The notes under the pieces are model-generated. The model was not told the origin of the DNA, did not search any database, and saw nothing but the letters and a program-made list of their open reading frames with translations. DNA of 62,436 nt, counting the filler. It is 8 parts of 8 records of this genome, joined end to end, with 100 filler letters (N's around TTAATTAATTAA, not from the genome) between each part and the next. Parts side by side here need not be neighbours in the genome. Positions count along the whole stretch, not along the records: positions 18,704 to 23,964 come from SRR31156797_29021; positions 24,065 to 29,443 come from SRR31156797_29038; positions 29,544 to 40,897 come from SRR31156797_29047; 5 more parts are not named here. One strand, written 5' to 3'. This document shows positions 22,587 through 31,105 of this stretch, one piece after another. The translations under genes and the position numbers were made by a program. Position 1 is the stretch's first letter; each line of letters opens with the position of its first letter.

Positions 22587-23963
22587 TTAAAGTTCATTTT
22601 CGACAGCAGAACGTCTTTCCTGAATGTGCTGTTTTAAATCAGATGCTGAATTTGTGAACTCATTTGAGTTGCCCAAGTTTGAGTATGGATATGATTCTCC
22701 ATCAGCTCCGACAACATAAGGTTCTATCATATTATGATACTTGTCGATCAGACCGGAAACAAAGGTTGTATCCAAAGAGGTGTCCAGTGCGTTCTGAAGA
22801 AAAGTTATATACTGAGCTCTGTAAACATCATCATCAAGAAGGAATCTTATGAGCGGCCAGCTGCTGCTTACCTCATCAAGCATTACGGAAGTTGAACCTC
22901 CAGGTCCGGGAGGAGCCATAATAACATGTCCACCTTGTTCCATCATCGCTTCATTGAGATCCCATGGGAACCAGTTGATACGACCGTTATCGCTAGGATC
23001 AGCATAAACATAGTAATTATGATTCATAGTTCCATAGCTATCCCAGTTGACCATTGCCTGATTTATTGCAAGACAACGAAGGAAAGCATCAGTGTTAAAA
23101 ACTGCTTCAAGACCATTTCTCCATGTTGCAGCATCAGAGCTATCTGCATGAAGAGCATTGTAGGCTGCAAGTATGTCGTTCCAATCTGAATCATCTTCGT
23201 TCGTTTTCTTTTCAAATGATTCTTCATCAAAGCTTGCCCATGTTGCACCAGAGCCTTCAGGTTTGTAAAGATTGCCGCTGTCATCATCAAACTGCTGTCC
23301 AAGCATCTCATCACTTGGATCTTCTATCATTGTGTAAAGCCCAAAGTAGGTTGAGCCTTGTCCAAAATCAACATAGACACGATAAAATGCGCCTCTGGCA
23401 GCAGGAACTCCACCAGCTCTAAACATGTCTGCAGCAAGTTTATCTCTGATAAATGAGGAATCTTTAAAGGCATTACTGAAAGTCATTTTTTTAAAGCCGT
23501 AAAAGCGCTGATTATCAGTTTCAGGATGATCATCTTCATACTTATCAAAGCTTAATCTGAAAGATAGTTTCTTTACTCCCTGCTGATAAGCAGAACTGAG
23601 GGATGAGTTTCCTTTGTATCTCATGCCTACATATTCCCATTTCATCCCGTCATATTCGATTTTAGCAGGGACATACATCGGGTCTTCGCTGTCATCTGAA
23701 GCCATTCCGCCACCGCCTAAAAGGTTAGCGAGATCAGTCATTGAAGCCTGGTAATCTGAAGCTGCAATAGTAATGTCAATTCTCTGAACGATATCATCAT
23801 TGAAAAGTTTGCCGTAGTCAGGATCTTCACCCTTACAATGACTTTCTTTCGTCCAATGATCAGGTCTCACAGTATCGTCACCGCAAAGTTCATCACCTGA
23901 ATTGCCAGTGTTTCCTGTATTGCCAGTATCACCAGTATTTCCTGTATTTCCTGTATTTCCTGT
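22587..23963 (-). CDS. CotH kinase-family protein (5' truncated) with a Gly-X-Y repeat linker
   Basis: VGMRYKGNSS, GNLYKP, NWDSY..MNHNYY, FPWDLN; frame open upstream to the gap. Confidence 0.88.
   Translation of the reverse strand, partial: TGNTGNTGNTGDTGNTGNTGNSGDELCGDDTVRPDHWTKESHCKGEDPDYGKLFNDDIVQRIDITIAASDYQASMTDLANLLGGGGMASDDSEDPMYVPAKIEYDGMKWEYVGMRYKGNSSLSSAYQQGVKKLSFRLSFDKYEDDHPETDNQRFYGFKKMTFSNAFKDSSFIRDKLAADMFRAGGVPAARGAFYRVYVDFGQGSTYFGLYTMIEDPSDEMLGQQFDDDSGNLYKPEGSGATWASFDEESFEKKTNEDDSDWNDILAAYNALHADSSDAATWRNGLEAVFNTDAFLRCLAINQAMVNWDSYGTMNHNYYVYADPSDNGRINWFPWDLNEAMMEQGGHVIMAPPGPGGSTSVMLDEVSSSWPLIRFLLDDDVYRAQYITFLQNALDTSLDTTFVSGLIDKYHNMIEPYVVGADGESYPYSNLGNSNEFTNSASDLKQHIQERRSAVENEL
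23892..23963 (-). repeat. 9-bp tandem repeat encoding (T/S-G-N/D)x8
   Basis: ACAGGAAAT x3 followed by degenerate copies; contig ends inside the repeat. Confidence 0.9.
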
Positions 23964-23964
23964 A

Positions 23965-24064
23965 NNNNNNNNNNNNNNNNNNNNNNNNNNNNNNNNNNNN
24001 NNNNNNNNTTAATTAATTAANNNNNNNNNNNNNNNNNNNNNNNNNNNNNNNNNNNNNNNNNNNN
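23965..24064. other. Artificial contig spacer
   Basis: N run with TTAATTAATTAA. Confidence 0.99.
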
Positions 24065-24133
24065 GCATGGAAAGCCTTGGGTGCTTCAGCACCCCAAAAT
24101 GACTCTCGCCAAAGGCGCATCTTCAATTCTTCA

Positions 24134-24865
24134 TCAGCTGTCTGGAAGAGCAGCCTTCCTTCTCTTCTTCATCTTCAAATTCAAGAATTCCACAAACAGC
24201 GAAAAAGCCATGGCGAAATAAATATACCCACGATCAATATGCTTATGCATACCCTCGGCCATAAGGAAAATACCAACCAACAGCAGGAAGGAAAAAGCAA
24301 GCATCTGCACTGTCGGATGATTGGACACGAACTCACTGACCGGCCCGGCAAACAACAGCATCACAATCACCGCAATAACGATGGCAGCAACCATAACACC
24401 AATATGCTGGGCCATACCTACGGCTGTAATAACCGAGTCGAGCGAAAACACGAGATCAAGCAGAAGTATTTGGATAATCGCACTGGTGTACGAATATTGC
24501 GAGCGGACGTGTCCTTCTTCAAAACCCGGCCCTTCCAATTTGTCATGAATTTCATGCGTTGCTTTGGCCAACAGGAAAAGCCCACCTGTCAACAGTACGA
24601 TATCTCGACCTGAGACAATGTGGTCGAACACGGTGAACAATGGTGCGGTCAATCCCATGATAGCAGAAATGGCGAGGAGAAGTGCGATACGGGTGAACAT
24701 GGCTAACCCGATGCCAAGCCGTCGAGCTGTGGCTCTGGACGCTTCGGGCAATTTATTGGTCACCACCACGACAAAGACGATGTTGTCGATTCCGAGAACG
24801 ATTTCAAGACCAGCGAGTGTAATGAGCGCGATGAGGTTTTCCAGCGTCCATAGTCCTTCAAGCAT
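24134..24865 (-). CDS. TerC-family membrane protein
   Basis: LEIVLGIDN, DLVFSLDSVITAVGM, GYIYFAMAFS. Confidence 0.93.
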   Translation of the reverse strand: MLEGLWTLENLIALITLAGLEIVLGIDNIVFVVVVTNKLPEASRATARRLGIGLAMFTRIALLLAISAIMGLTAPLFTVFDHIVSGRDIVLLTGGLFLLAKATHEIHDKLEGPGFEEGHVRSQYSYTSAIIQILLLDLVFSLDSVITAVGMAQHIGVMVAAIVIAVIVMLLFAGPVSEFVSNHPTVQMLAFSFLLLVGIFLMAEGMHKHIDRGYIYFAMAFSLFVEFLNLKMKKRRKAALPDS

Positions 24866-24939
24866 ATATATTCCTCTTCGGGTGTATCATTGATGTGATT
24901 ACATCAATGAATGAAGTATGCGGAAAAATTGACTGAGCA

Positions 24940-25551
24940 TCAACATTCAACATGGTAGATGCCGGCCCATCCATTGAGGTGGCTCTCAATTAAGCGACCA
25001 TTGATCCCGATGTGCTGAAAGAATCCGTGCATACATCCATTTGCAATATATTCGCGGAAAAGACGGTAATGTTCCTTGCCCGCGGTCCTTTCTATCATGT
25101 GGATAACCCACCCCGTACACGCGGCACTGCCGGAAGGTGGGGCAAGGTAATCGGCAATGATGATACATCCTCCGGGCTTCACCACTCGTCGAGCTTCCTT
25201 CATAATGGCGACACCAAGAATCCGTGGCTTTTCATGCAATGCAAAGCTGATGGTTGCTGCGTTGAACGAGTGGTCGGGGAAAGCAAGATTTGTAGCGTCA
25301 TCATGAATGTAGGTGGCGTTTGGTCGTTTCCTGCGGGCGACGTTGATCATGGTTCGGGAAATGTCTACACCAGTAGTACTTATCCCTGAAGAAGCCGCTA
25401 TTCCGGCGAGCATTCCTGTGCCGCAACAGAGGTCCACCATGCAATCAACCTTTGCGAGTAACAGCGCATCCACTATTGCGGTGTGAATTGGATGTAGAGC
25501 GGGACCGACAATCGGGTCGTACAGCCTGGCAGTGCATCCGTATTCATCCAT
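24940..25551 (-). CDS. Class I SAM-dependent methyltransferase
   Basis: VDLCCGTG, GVDIS, DATNL, SFALHE, KPGG. Confidence 0.9.
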   Translation of the reverse strand: MDEYGCTARLYDPIVGPALHPIHTAIVDALLLAKVDCMVDLCCGTGMLAGIAASSGISTTGVDISRTMINVARRKRPNATYIHDDATNLAFPDHSFNAATISFALHEKPRILGVAIMKEARRVVKPGGCIIIADYLAPPSGSAACTGWVIHMIERTAGKEHYRLFREYIANGCMHGFFQHIGINGRLIESHLNGWAGIYHVEC

Positions 25552-25556
25552 GGGAA

Positions 25557-26375
25557 TTACCGGGCGTTTGCCTTGAGCAATTTTTCAATACTTTCTTCGG
25601 TGACCCCATGTGCTCGCAGGATGTCCTGAAGCTCTCCGGTGGCGATCATTTCTGGTATCCGACGGTCGTAGATATCACGGAACTTGCGGCCTTCATCCGT
25701 GGGGGCGAATATTGGATGGGACTTCATGCTTGCGATATAAGTAATGTCAAACTCCGTGGATGGGAGTTTAGCCTCGAATATGGCCTCTTTGAGCAGCGTT
25801 TCGTCGTCGATGACATAATCAATGTGTCCCCTGTCGAGCATCTGAATGGCGGAACTCAGGTCATAGGCCTGCCGAGGTTTGAATTTAACCGGAAACAAAT
25901 GATCCATCTCGTATCCATGCAGATACGCGACCTTTTTCCCGGCCAAGGATTGTATCCCTTTGAATGTGTGTGTTTGAAGATAAACCGCCGCCAGATCATA
26001 AATGATAATAGCCTGTTTGCTCTGCAAAACTTTTTGACGGGTATCCTCAATGTCCAAGGTACAGTGGATGGTCCCGGAAAGGAGTTCGTCGATTGCGCGG
26101 TTGTACGGCAATTCCTGGTGAACAAGTTCATAGCCTTCTGTTTCGTATACGCGGATAAGTATGTCAGTGATCAGCCCTGTGTTCCCTTTTCTGACGGCAC
26201 TACCGATGTATGGCATGCCGAAAATACAGGTTTTTGGAGCCTGCCATTCGGGGTAACCGGCTGCAAAGGACGTTGGGGGTATGACCGCCGTCAGAAGCAA
26301 GGTTATACATGCGATTGTAATTATATTTCTTTTCACCTTTTCACTATTGGATAATTTGGCGTTGGTGGCAACCAA
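25557..26375 (-). CDS. Periplasmic substrate-binding protein (family 3-like)
   Basis: Signal peptide, GLITDIL, LPYNRA, ML..GHIDY; true start probably downstream of 26375. Confidence 0.75.
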   Translation of the reverse strand: MVATNAKLSNSEKVKRNIITIACITLLLTAVIPPTSFAAGYPEWQAPKTCIFGMPYIGSAVRKGNTGLITDILIRVYETEGYELVHQELPYNRAIDELLSGTIHCTLDIEDTRQKVLQSKQAIIIYDLAAVYLQTHTFKGIQSLAGKKVAYLHGYEMDHLFPVKFKPRQAYDLSSAIQMLDRGHIDYVIDDETLLKEAIFEAKLPSTEFDITYIASMKSHPIFAPTDEGRKFRDIYDRRIPEMIATGELQDILRAHGVTEESIEKLLKANAR

Positions 26376-26449
26376 AAAGGGGGACGCTCATCCGTTCAGT
26401 TGGCAGCTGATTGATTAGCATGATATGTCTACCTCAAAGAGGGGAAAAT

Positions 26450-27100
26450 ATGAAATTTTCTGGCGTGAATTTGCTCGATGAATTGGAACGTCCCGAATTG
26501 GCTGAACTCCGGGCTGTGTTCAATGAACGTTCTTTTCCCAAAGGCAATGTTATTTTTCAGCCTGATGAGCCGAAGAACAGGGTATTTGTTATCTCCAAGG
26601 GGCGAGTGCGAGTTTATCTGGCTTACGAGGACAAGGAATTTACCTTGGCCATACTTGGCCCTGGAGATTTGTATTCAACGCATGCGGGCTGTTTTATTCA
26701 GGCCTTTGAGGATACGGCGCTGTTGGTGGCCGATGTCCAGTCTGTAAAACGATGGATGGCCGAAGTGCCTCTTTTTACCCGAACCATGGTCCGGGTTCTT
26801 GGTCATATTTTGCAAAATTCTTTCTCCATTATTGGCGGTCTGGCTTTCAAGGATATTTATAATCGCCTTATGGACTATATCCTCCGTGAAGCCCGTGATG
26901 CAGGGGTACGCCAAGACGGTGGCCTCGTGCTCAAATTGGATTTGACCATTGAACAACTCGCGCAACTTATGGGGGCCTCTCGGCAAACCGTTTCCACGTT
27001 GCTTAATGACATGGAGCGTGCTGGTCTTATGGAAAAACGTGGACGGGGAGAATATTTTATCCCAGACGTAGACGCGTTGGAGCGGGCTGTCGGTGAGTGA
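26450..27100 (+). CDS. cooA: CO-sensing Crp/Fnr-family regulator CooA
   Basis: EFTLAILGPGDLYSTHAG heme-ligand region; HTH ASRQTVSTLLN; directly upstream of cooS and a CooA box. Confidence 0.88.
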   Translation: MKFSGVNLLDELERPELAELRAVFNERSFPKGNVIFQPDEPKNRVFVISKGRVRVYLAYEDKEFTLAILGPGDLYSTHAGCFIQAFEDTALLVADVQSVKRWMAEVPLFTRTMVRVLGHILQNSFSIIGGLAFKDIYNRLMDYILREARDAGVRQDGGLVLKLDLTIEQLAQLMGASRQTVSTLLNDMERAGLMEKRGRGEYFIPDVDALERAVGE

Positions 27101-27130
27101 CTGTTTTAAACAAGAAATAATCTTAAAATT

Positions 27131-27163
27131 AGCCTGGATATGAAAAATCCGGGTTATTTTTTT
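27131..27163 (+). terminator. Rho-independent terminator after cooA
   Basis: AGCCTGGAT/ATCCGGGTT stem followed by a T7 run. Confidence 0.6.
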
Positions 27164-27180
27164 GTCTTTTTCATCTCATT

Positions 27181-27196
27181 TGTCGGCTATCTGACA
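27181..27196. promoter_or_regulatory. CooA binding box
   Basis: TGTCG-GCTATC-TGACA matches TGTC(A/G)-N6-(C/T)GACA, 110 bp upstream of cooS. Confidence 0.85.
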
Positions 27197-27305
27197 TACA
27201 CAGGTATTGGAGCGGTGTATTCTCCCAATCAGAATAGGGTTTTCTTTGTGTAATCCTCCGTACGGGGCGTGGCTGCCGTTCGGGAAACCAGGGAAGGAGA
27301 AATGT

Positions 27306-29183
27306 ATGGCTAAAGAACCGAGACCTATTGACGAACTGACTATTTGGGACGACGCGAAAGCAATGCTCAAAAAGGCCAGAAGGGAAGGCGTTGAAACTGT
27401 CCATGATCGTTTGGATCAGCAAACGCCTCATTGCAAATTTTGTGAACTTGGTACCACTTGTCGCAACTGTACCATGGGGCCGTGTCGCGTCAGCGAAAAG
27501 CGTCCCCGTGGAGTGTGTGGCGCAGATGCTGATGTTATCGTTGCCCGTAACTTTGGCCGGTTTGTGACCGGTGGCGCAGCTGGCCATTCCGATCATGGCC
27601 GTGATCTCATCGAGGTACTGGAGGCCATTGTCGAGGGCGAGGCTCCTGACTACAAGATTACCGATGAAGGCAAGCTGTTCAGGTTGGCCGGTGAAGTCGG
27701 TATTGAGACTGAAGGTCGTGAACTCATGGCCGTGGCTGAGGATCTCATGGAATGTTTCTTTGCCGATTTTGGTTCTCGTAAGAAATCTGTTTCGCTGCTG
27801 TCTCGTGTACCGGAAGTCCGCAAGGAAAAATGGGCAAAGCTCGGCATGACTCCGCGCGGTGTTGACCGTGAAATTGCCGAGATGATGCACCGCACCCACA
27901 TGGGTTGCGACAACGATGCACCGAACACGCTTATTCACGCTGCCCGAACGGCTCTGGCTGATGGCTGGGGTGGTTCCATGATCGGGACCGAGCTTTCTGA
28001 TGTTATCTTCGGCACACCCACTCCCAAGATGTCCACGGCCAATCTCGCGGTCATCAAGGAGGACAAGGTCAACCTGCTGGTTCATGGACATAATCCTGTT
28101 GTTTCCGAGATGATTTTGGCTGCGGCTCGTGAACCGGAAATGGTGGCGCGAGCCAAAGAACTTGGTGCTACTGGTATTAATGTGGCCGGTCTTTGTTGTA
28201 CCGGTAACGAGTTGCTCATGCGTCAGGGGATTCCCATGGCGGGCAATCATCTTATGACCGAGTTGGCGATCATTACCGGGGCTGTCGAGGCCGTTGTGGT
28301 GGACTATCAGTGTATTATGCCGAGTCTTGTACAGATATCCGGCTGCTATCACACCAAATTCATCGATACGGCCAACAAGGCGCGTTTCACTGGTGCCATT
28401 CATTTTGATTTCCAGCCGCGTACGGCCATGAAGCAGGCGCGGGAAATCGTGTCCATCGCTATTGAGGCCTTTGCCGAGCGTGATGCGGGGCGCGTGGAAA
28501 TTCCTGGTGAACCCATAGAAATCATGACCGGATTTTCCAACGAAGCCGTGATTGAAGCCTTGGGCGGCACCCTCGATCCGTTGGTCAAAGCCATTGCCGA
28601 TGGCGATATTCGTGGTGCGGTGGGTATTGTTGGTTGCAACAATCCCAAGATCAAGCACGATTCCCTCAACGTCGGACTGACCAAGGAACTGATCAAGAAG
28701 GATATCCTCGTCATCGTCACAGGATGTGTCACCACGGCCGCAGGCAAGGCTGGTCTTCTTGTGCCAGAAGCCATCGAGATGGCTGGTCCCGGTCTGAAGA
28801 AAATCTGTGGTGCGCTCGGTATTCCACCGGTTCTACATTACGGTTCCTGTGTGGATAATTCCCGTATCATTCAATTGTGCGCCGCCTTGGCCAATGAGCT
28901 GGGTGTGGACATCTCTGATTTGCCCGTGGGTGCATCGTCGCCTGAATGGTATTCGGAAAAGGCTGCTGCCATTGGTCTCTATGCTGTGGCATCAGGTATT
29001 TATACTCATCTTGGGCATCCGCCGAATATCCTCGGTTCCGAAACCGTTACCAATCTGGCCGTGTCCGGTCTCGAAGATTTGGTTGGCGCGTCCTTCTTTA
29101 TCGAACCCGATGCGGTTAAGACCGCCGAAATGTTCGATGAACGCATCAAAGCCAAGCGTAAAGGTCTTGGATTAAGCGAATAA
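27306..29183 (+). CDS. cooS: Ni-containing carbon monoxide dehydrogenase
   Basis: CKFCELGTTCRNCTMGPC, HSDH, VHGHNP, CCTGNE, VGCNN, GSCVDN, EWYSEKA; AAGGAG RBS before ATG 27306. Confidence 0.97.
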   Translation: MAKEPRPIDELTIWDDAKAMLKKARREGVETVHDRLDQQTPHCKFCELGTTCRNCTMGPCRVSEKRPRGVCGADADVIVARNFGRFVTGGAAGHSDHGRDLIEVLEAIVEGEAPDYKITDEGKLFRLAGEVGIETEGRELMAVAEDLMECFFADFGSRKKSVSLLSRVPEVRKEKWAKLGMTPRGVDREIAEMMHRTHMGCDNDAPNTLIHAARTALADGWGGSMIGTELSDVIFGTPTPKMSTANLAVIKEDKVNLLVHGHNPVVSEMILAAAREPEMVARAKELGATGINVAGLCCTGNELLMRQGIPMAGNHLMTELAIITGAVEAVVVDYQCIMPSLVQISGCYHTKFIDTANKARFTGAIHFDFQPRTAMKQAREIVSIAIEAFAERDAGRVEIPGEPIEIMTGFSNEAVIEALGGTLDPLVKAIADGDIRGAVGIVGCNNPKIKHDSLNVGLTKELIKKDILVIVTGCVTTAAGKAGLLVPEAIEMAGPGLKKICGALGIPPVLHYGSCVDNSRIIQLCAALANELGVDISDLPVGASSPEWYSEKAAAIGLYAVASGIYTHLGHPPNILGSETVTNLAVSGLEDLVGASFFIEPDAVKTAEMFDERIKAKRKGLGLSE

Positions 29184-29187
29184 GAAT

Positions 29188-29443
29188 GCCTCCGGCGGCC
29201 GGGGGAAGGGGAGAAGGAAACCCTTTGAAAAGGGTTCTCCCTCTCCCCTTCCCCCGGACCCCCATCCTCTTTCCTTTCCTAAACTTTTTGTGCGCCTGCG
29301 GCGAGGGTTAGGAGAGCGAAAAGGTGAGGCGTGAATTTTCATTGGTGCAAAATTGCATAGAGTTAAAAGAGTCGTATTTTCGTGATACCCCGCGAAGCGC
29401 GACAAAAAGTTTAGGAGATTCTTAAGAACCTTTTCCAAAAGGT
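29188..29443. repeat. Composite palindromic intergenic repeat (REP/MITE-like), truncated by the contig end
   Basis: Perfect 16-bp IR 29199-29214/29242-29257 enclosing AACCCTTT-GA-AAAGGGTT; 15-bp IR 29277-29291/29402-29416. Confidence 0.75.
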
Positions 29444-29543
29444 NNNNNNNNNNNNNNNNNNNNNNNNNNNNNNNNNNNNNNNNNNNNTTAATTAATTAAN
29501 NNNNNNNNNNNNNNNNNNNNNNNNNNNNNNNNNNNNNNNNNNN
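29444..29543. other. Artificial contig spacer
   Basis: N run with TTAATTAATTAA. Confidence 0.99.
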
Positions 29544-30008
29544 TTTTTAAGGGTCATTTTTTAAGTGGTTTTTATCATAAGCTTTGAGATAAATTTTTAT
29601 GGTGTTTTTAGAAATAATAGGAACTAAAAAATCCACGTATGATAATTTTGATTTTTAAGAAGTAGAAATAGTTTTCAGCATACTGGAAACACTTCTAAAA
29701 ACTGAGGTTCATTTTCAGTATAATGAAAACAAATAACGACGATTGTTTTATTAGATAAGCCTTAAAAAGGGTGGCTTTAATAAAAGTATCTTGACGAAAC
29801 CGATGTCATCTAATGAAAATCGCTTTAGACATATCTGTTTAAATTCTTTTACTTCCCCATCAAAAAAGCAAAGGGATTTTTGTGACTACAATAAAAAAAC
29901 AAGTAGATTACAAGTAGATTTATTCTACTTGTCTTTTTATTAATTTTACTTGGTATTAAAAGACTATCATAATATAATGGAAATGTAGGTTTTTCAATTT
30001 AAGGTGTA

Positions 30009-30592
30009 ATGCTGATGAATAAGAATGATTCTGGAAAGGAGAAGAAAGTAACTAAGCAACAAAAGAAAATACAAGATGCGTTTGATAATAAGCTTGAAGT
30101 AGAAGTTATTCCTGCAAAAATAACTAATTCTTCTATACAGAAAAAAGGGTAGCTGCATATTGCAGAGTAAGTACTTATGCCGAAGCTCAATCTGGTAGTT
30201 TTGAATTGCAAATTCAATCGTATAAAGAAAAGATATTGTTAAATCCAGCATGGGAGTTTGTCGTTATTTATGCCGATAGAGGAGCATCGGGTACCACTAT
30301 AAAAAAAAGATAACAATTCAATTTTATGTTGAAGGATTGTCGATTAAATTAGATTGATTTGATTATGGTGAAAAGTATTAGTCGATTCTCAAGAAATGTA
30401 TTAAATTCTATTTCAATTACCAGAGGGGTGAAAGCGTTACTTAATCCTGAGAGTTTATTTATTGAGGATTTGAATGTCAATACCTTAGATACTTCAAGTG
30501 AAACATCGTTATTGATGTTGAATGTAGTAGCACAAACCGAGAGCGAACAGAAGATTGAATCTATTATATCGTCTATTATTAAAGTCTATTGA
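30009..30592 (+). pseudogene. Serine recombinase pseudogene
   Basis: After a frameshift at ~30141-30146 reads RVAAYCRVST...IYADRGASGT..KR*QF..ML.DC..*IDLIMVKSISRFSRN; stops at 30311 and 30350; no C-terminal domain. Confidence 0.88.
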
Positions 30593-30759
30593 TTAAGAAA
30601 AATAGAAATTGTATTATTAAAGATAGTAGATAAATAACCAATATTCCTAGTTGAAATTAAGAAAAAGACGTGAAACCTTGCTTAAAAAATAAAACTTTAG
30701 ATTTTTTGTTTATATATCTGAAACGCTAACATAAATCTAAAAGTAGAGGAGAGAAAAAT

Positions 30760-30945
30760 ATGGAATGTCCTAAATGTAAGCAAGAAACTTTGGAACAAAA
30801 CGAAGAGTGGAACAAACTCTTCGAAAAATATGACTACAATACACCCTCATTTCCCTTGATTTACAACAAAATTTACTATGAAGGGGTGTACTTTAGGAAA
30901 TGTTTAAATTCTGATTGTGATTATATCGAGGAAAGAGCAAACTGA
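30760..30945 (+). CDS. Small putative zinc-ribbon protein
   Basis: AGAGGAG RBS; CPKC at the N-terminus and CLNSDC at the C-terminus. Confidence 0.7.
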   Translation: MECPKCKQETLEQNEEWNKLFEKYDYNTPSFPLIYNKIYYEGVYFRKCLNSDCDYIEERAN

Positions 30946-31105
30946 TTGTGCTGTAAAAAATTCCTTCGTATAAACATCTTTCTTTATTTCTTAGATATTT
31001 TTATATATATATATTTTAGATGATTTTAAATTTAGCAGGTTAATTAGAGTAAAGATAGGTAATTATGTAGTAAAAATTTGAGATTATTAAGGGAAGAGTA
31101 TATTA

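Noticed and set aside
24866..24939. yybP-ykoY riboswitch before terC
   Set aside because: The 74-bp gap is too short and the consensus is not recognisable
25452..26354. 300-aa plus-strand ORF
   Set aside because: Antisense to the substrate-binding protein gene, which has the recognisable features
27207..27305. N-terminal extension of CooS
   Set aside because: Leader region; the RBS supports ATG 27306
27171..28658. 495-aa minus-strand ORF
   Set aside because: Antisense shadow of cooS in GC-rich DNA with no recognisable motif
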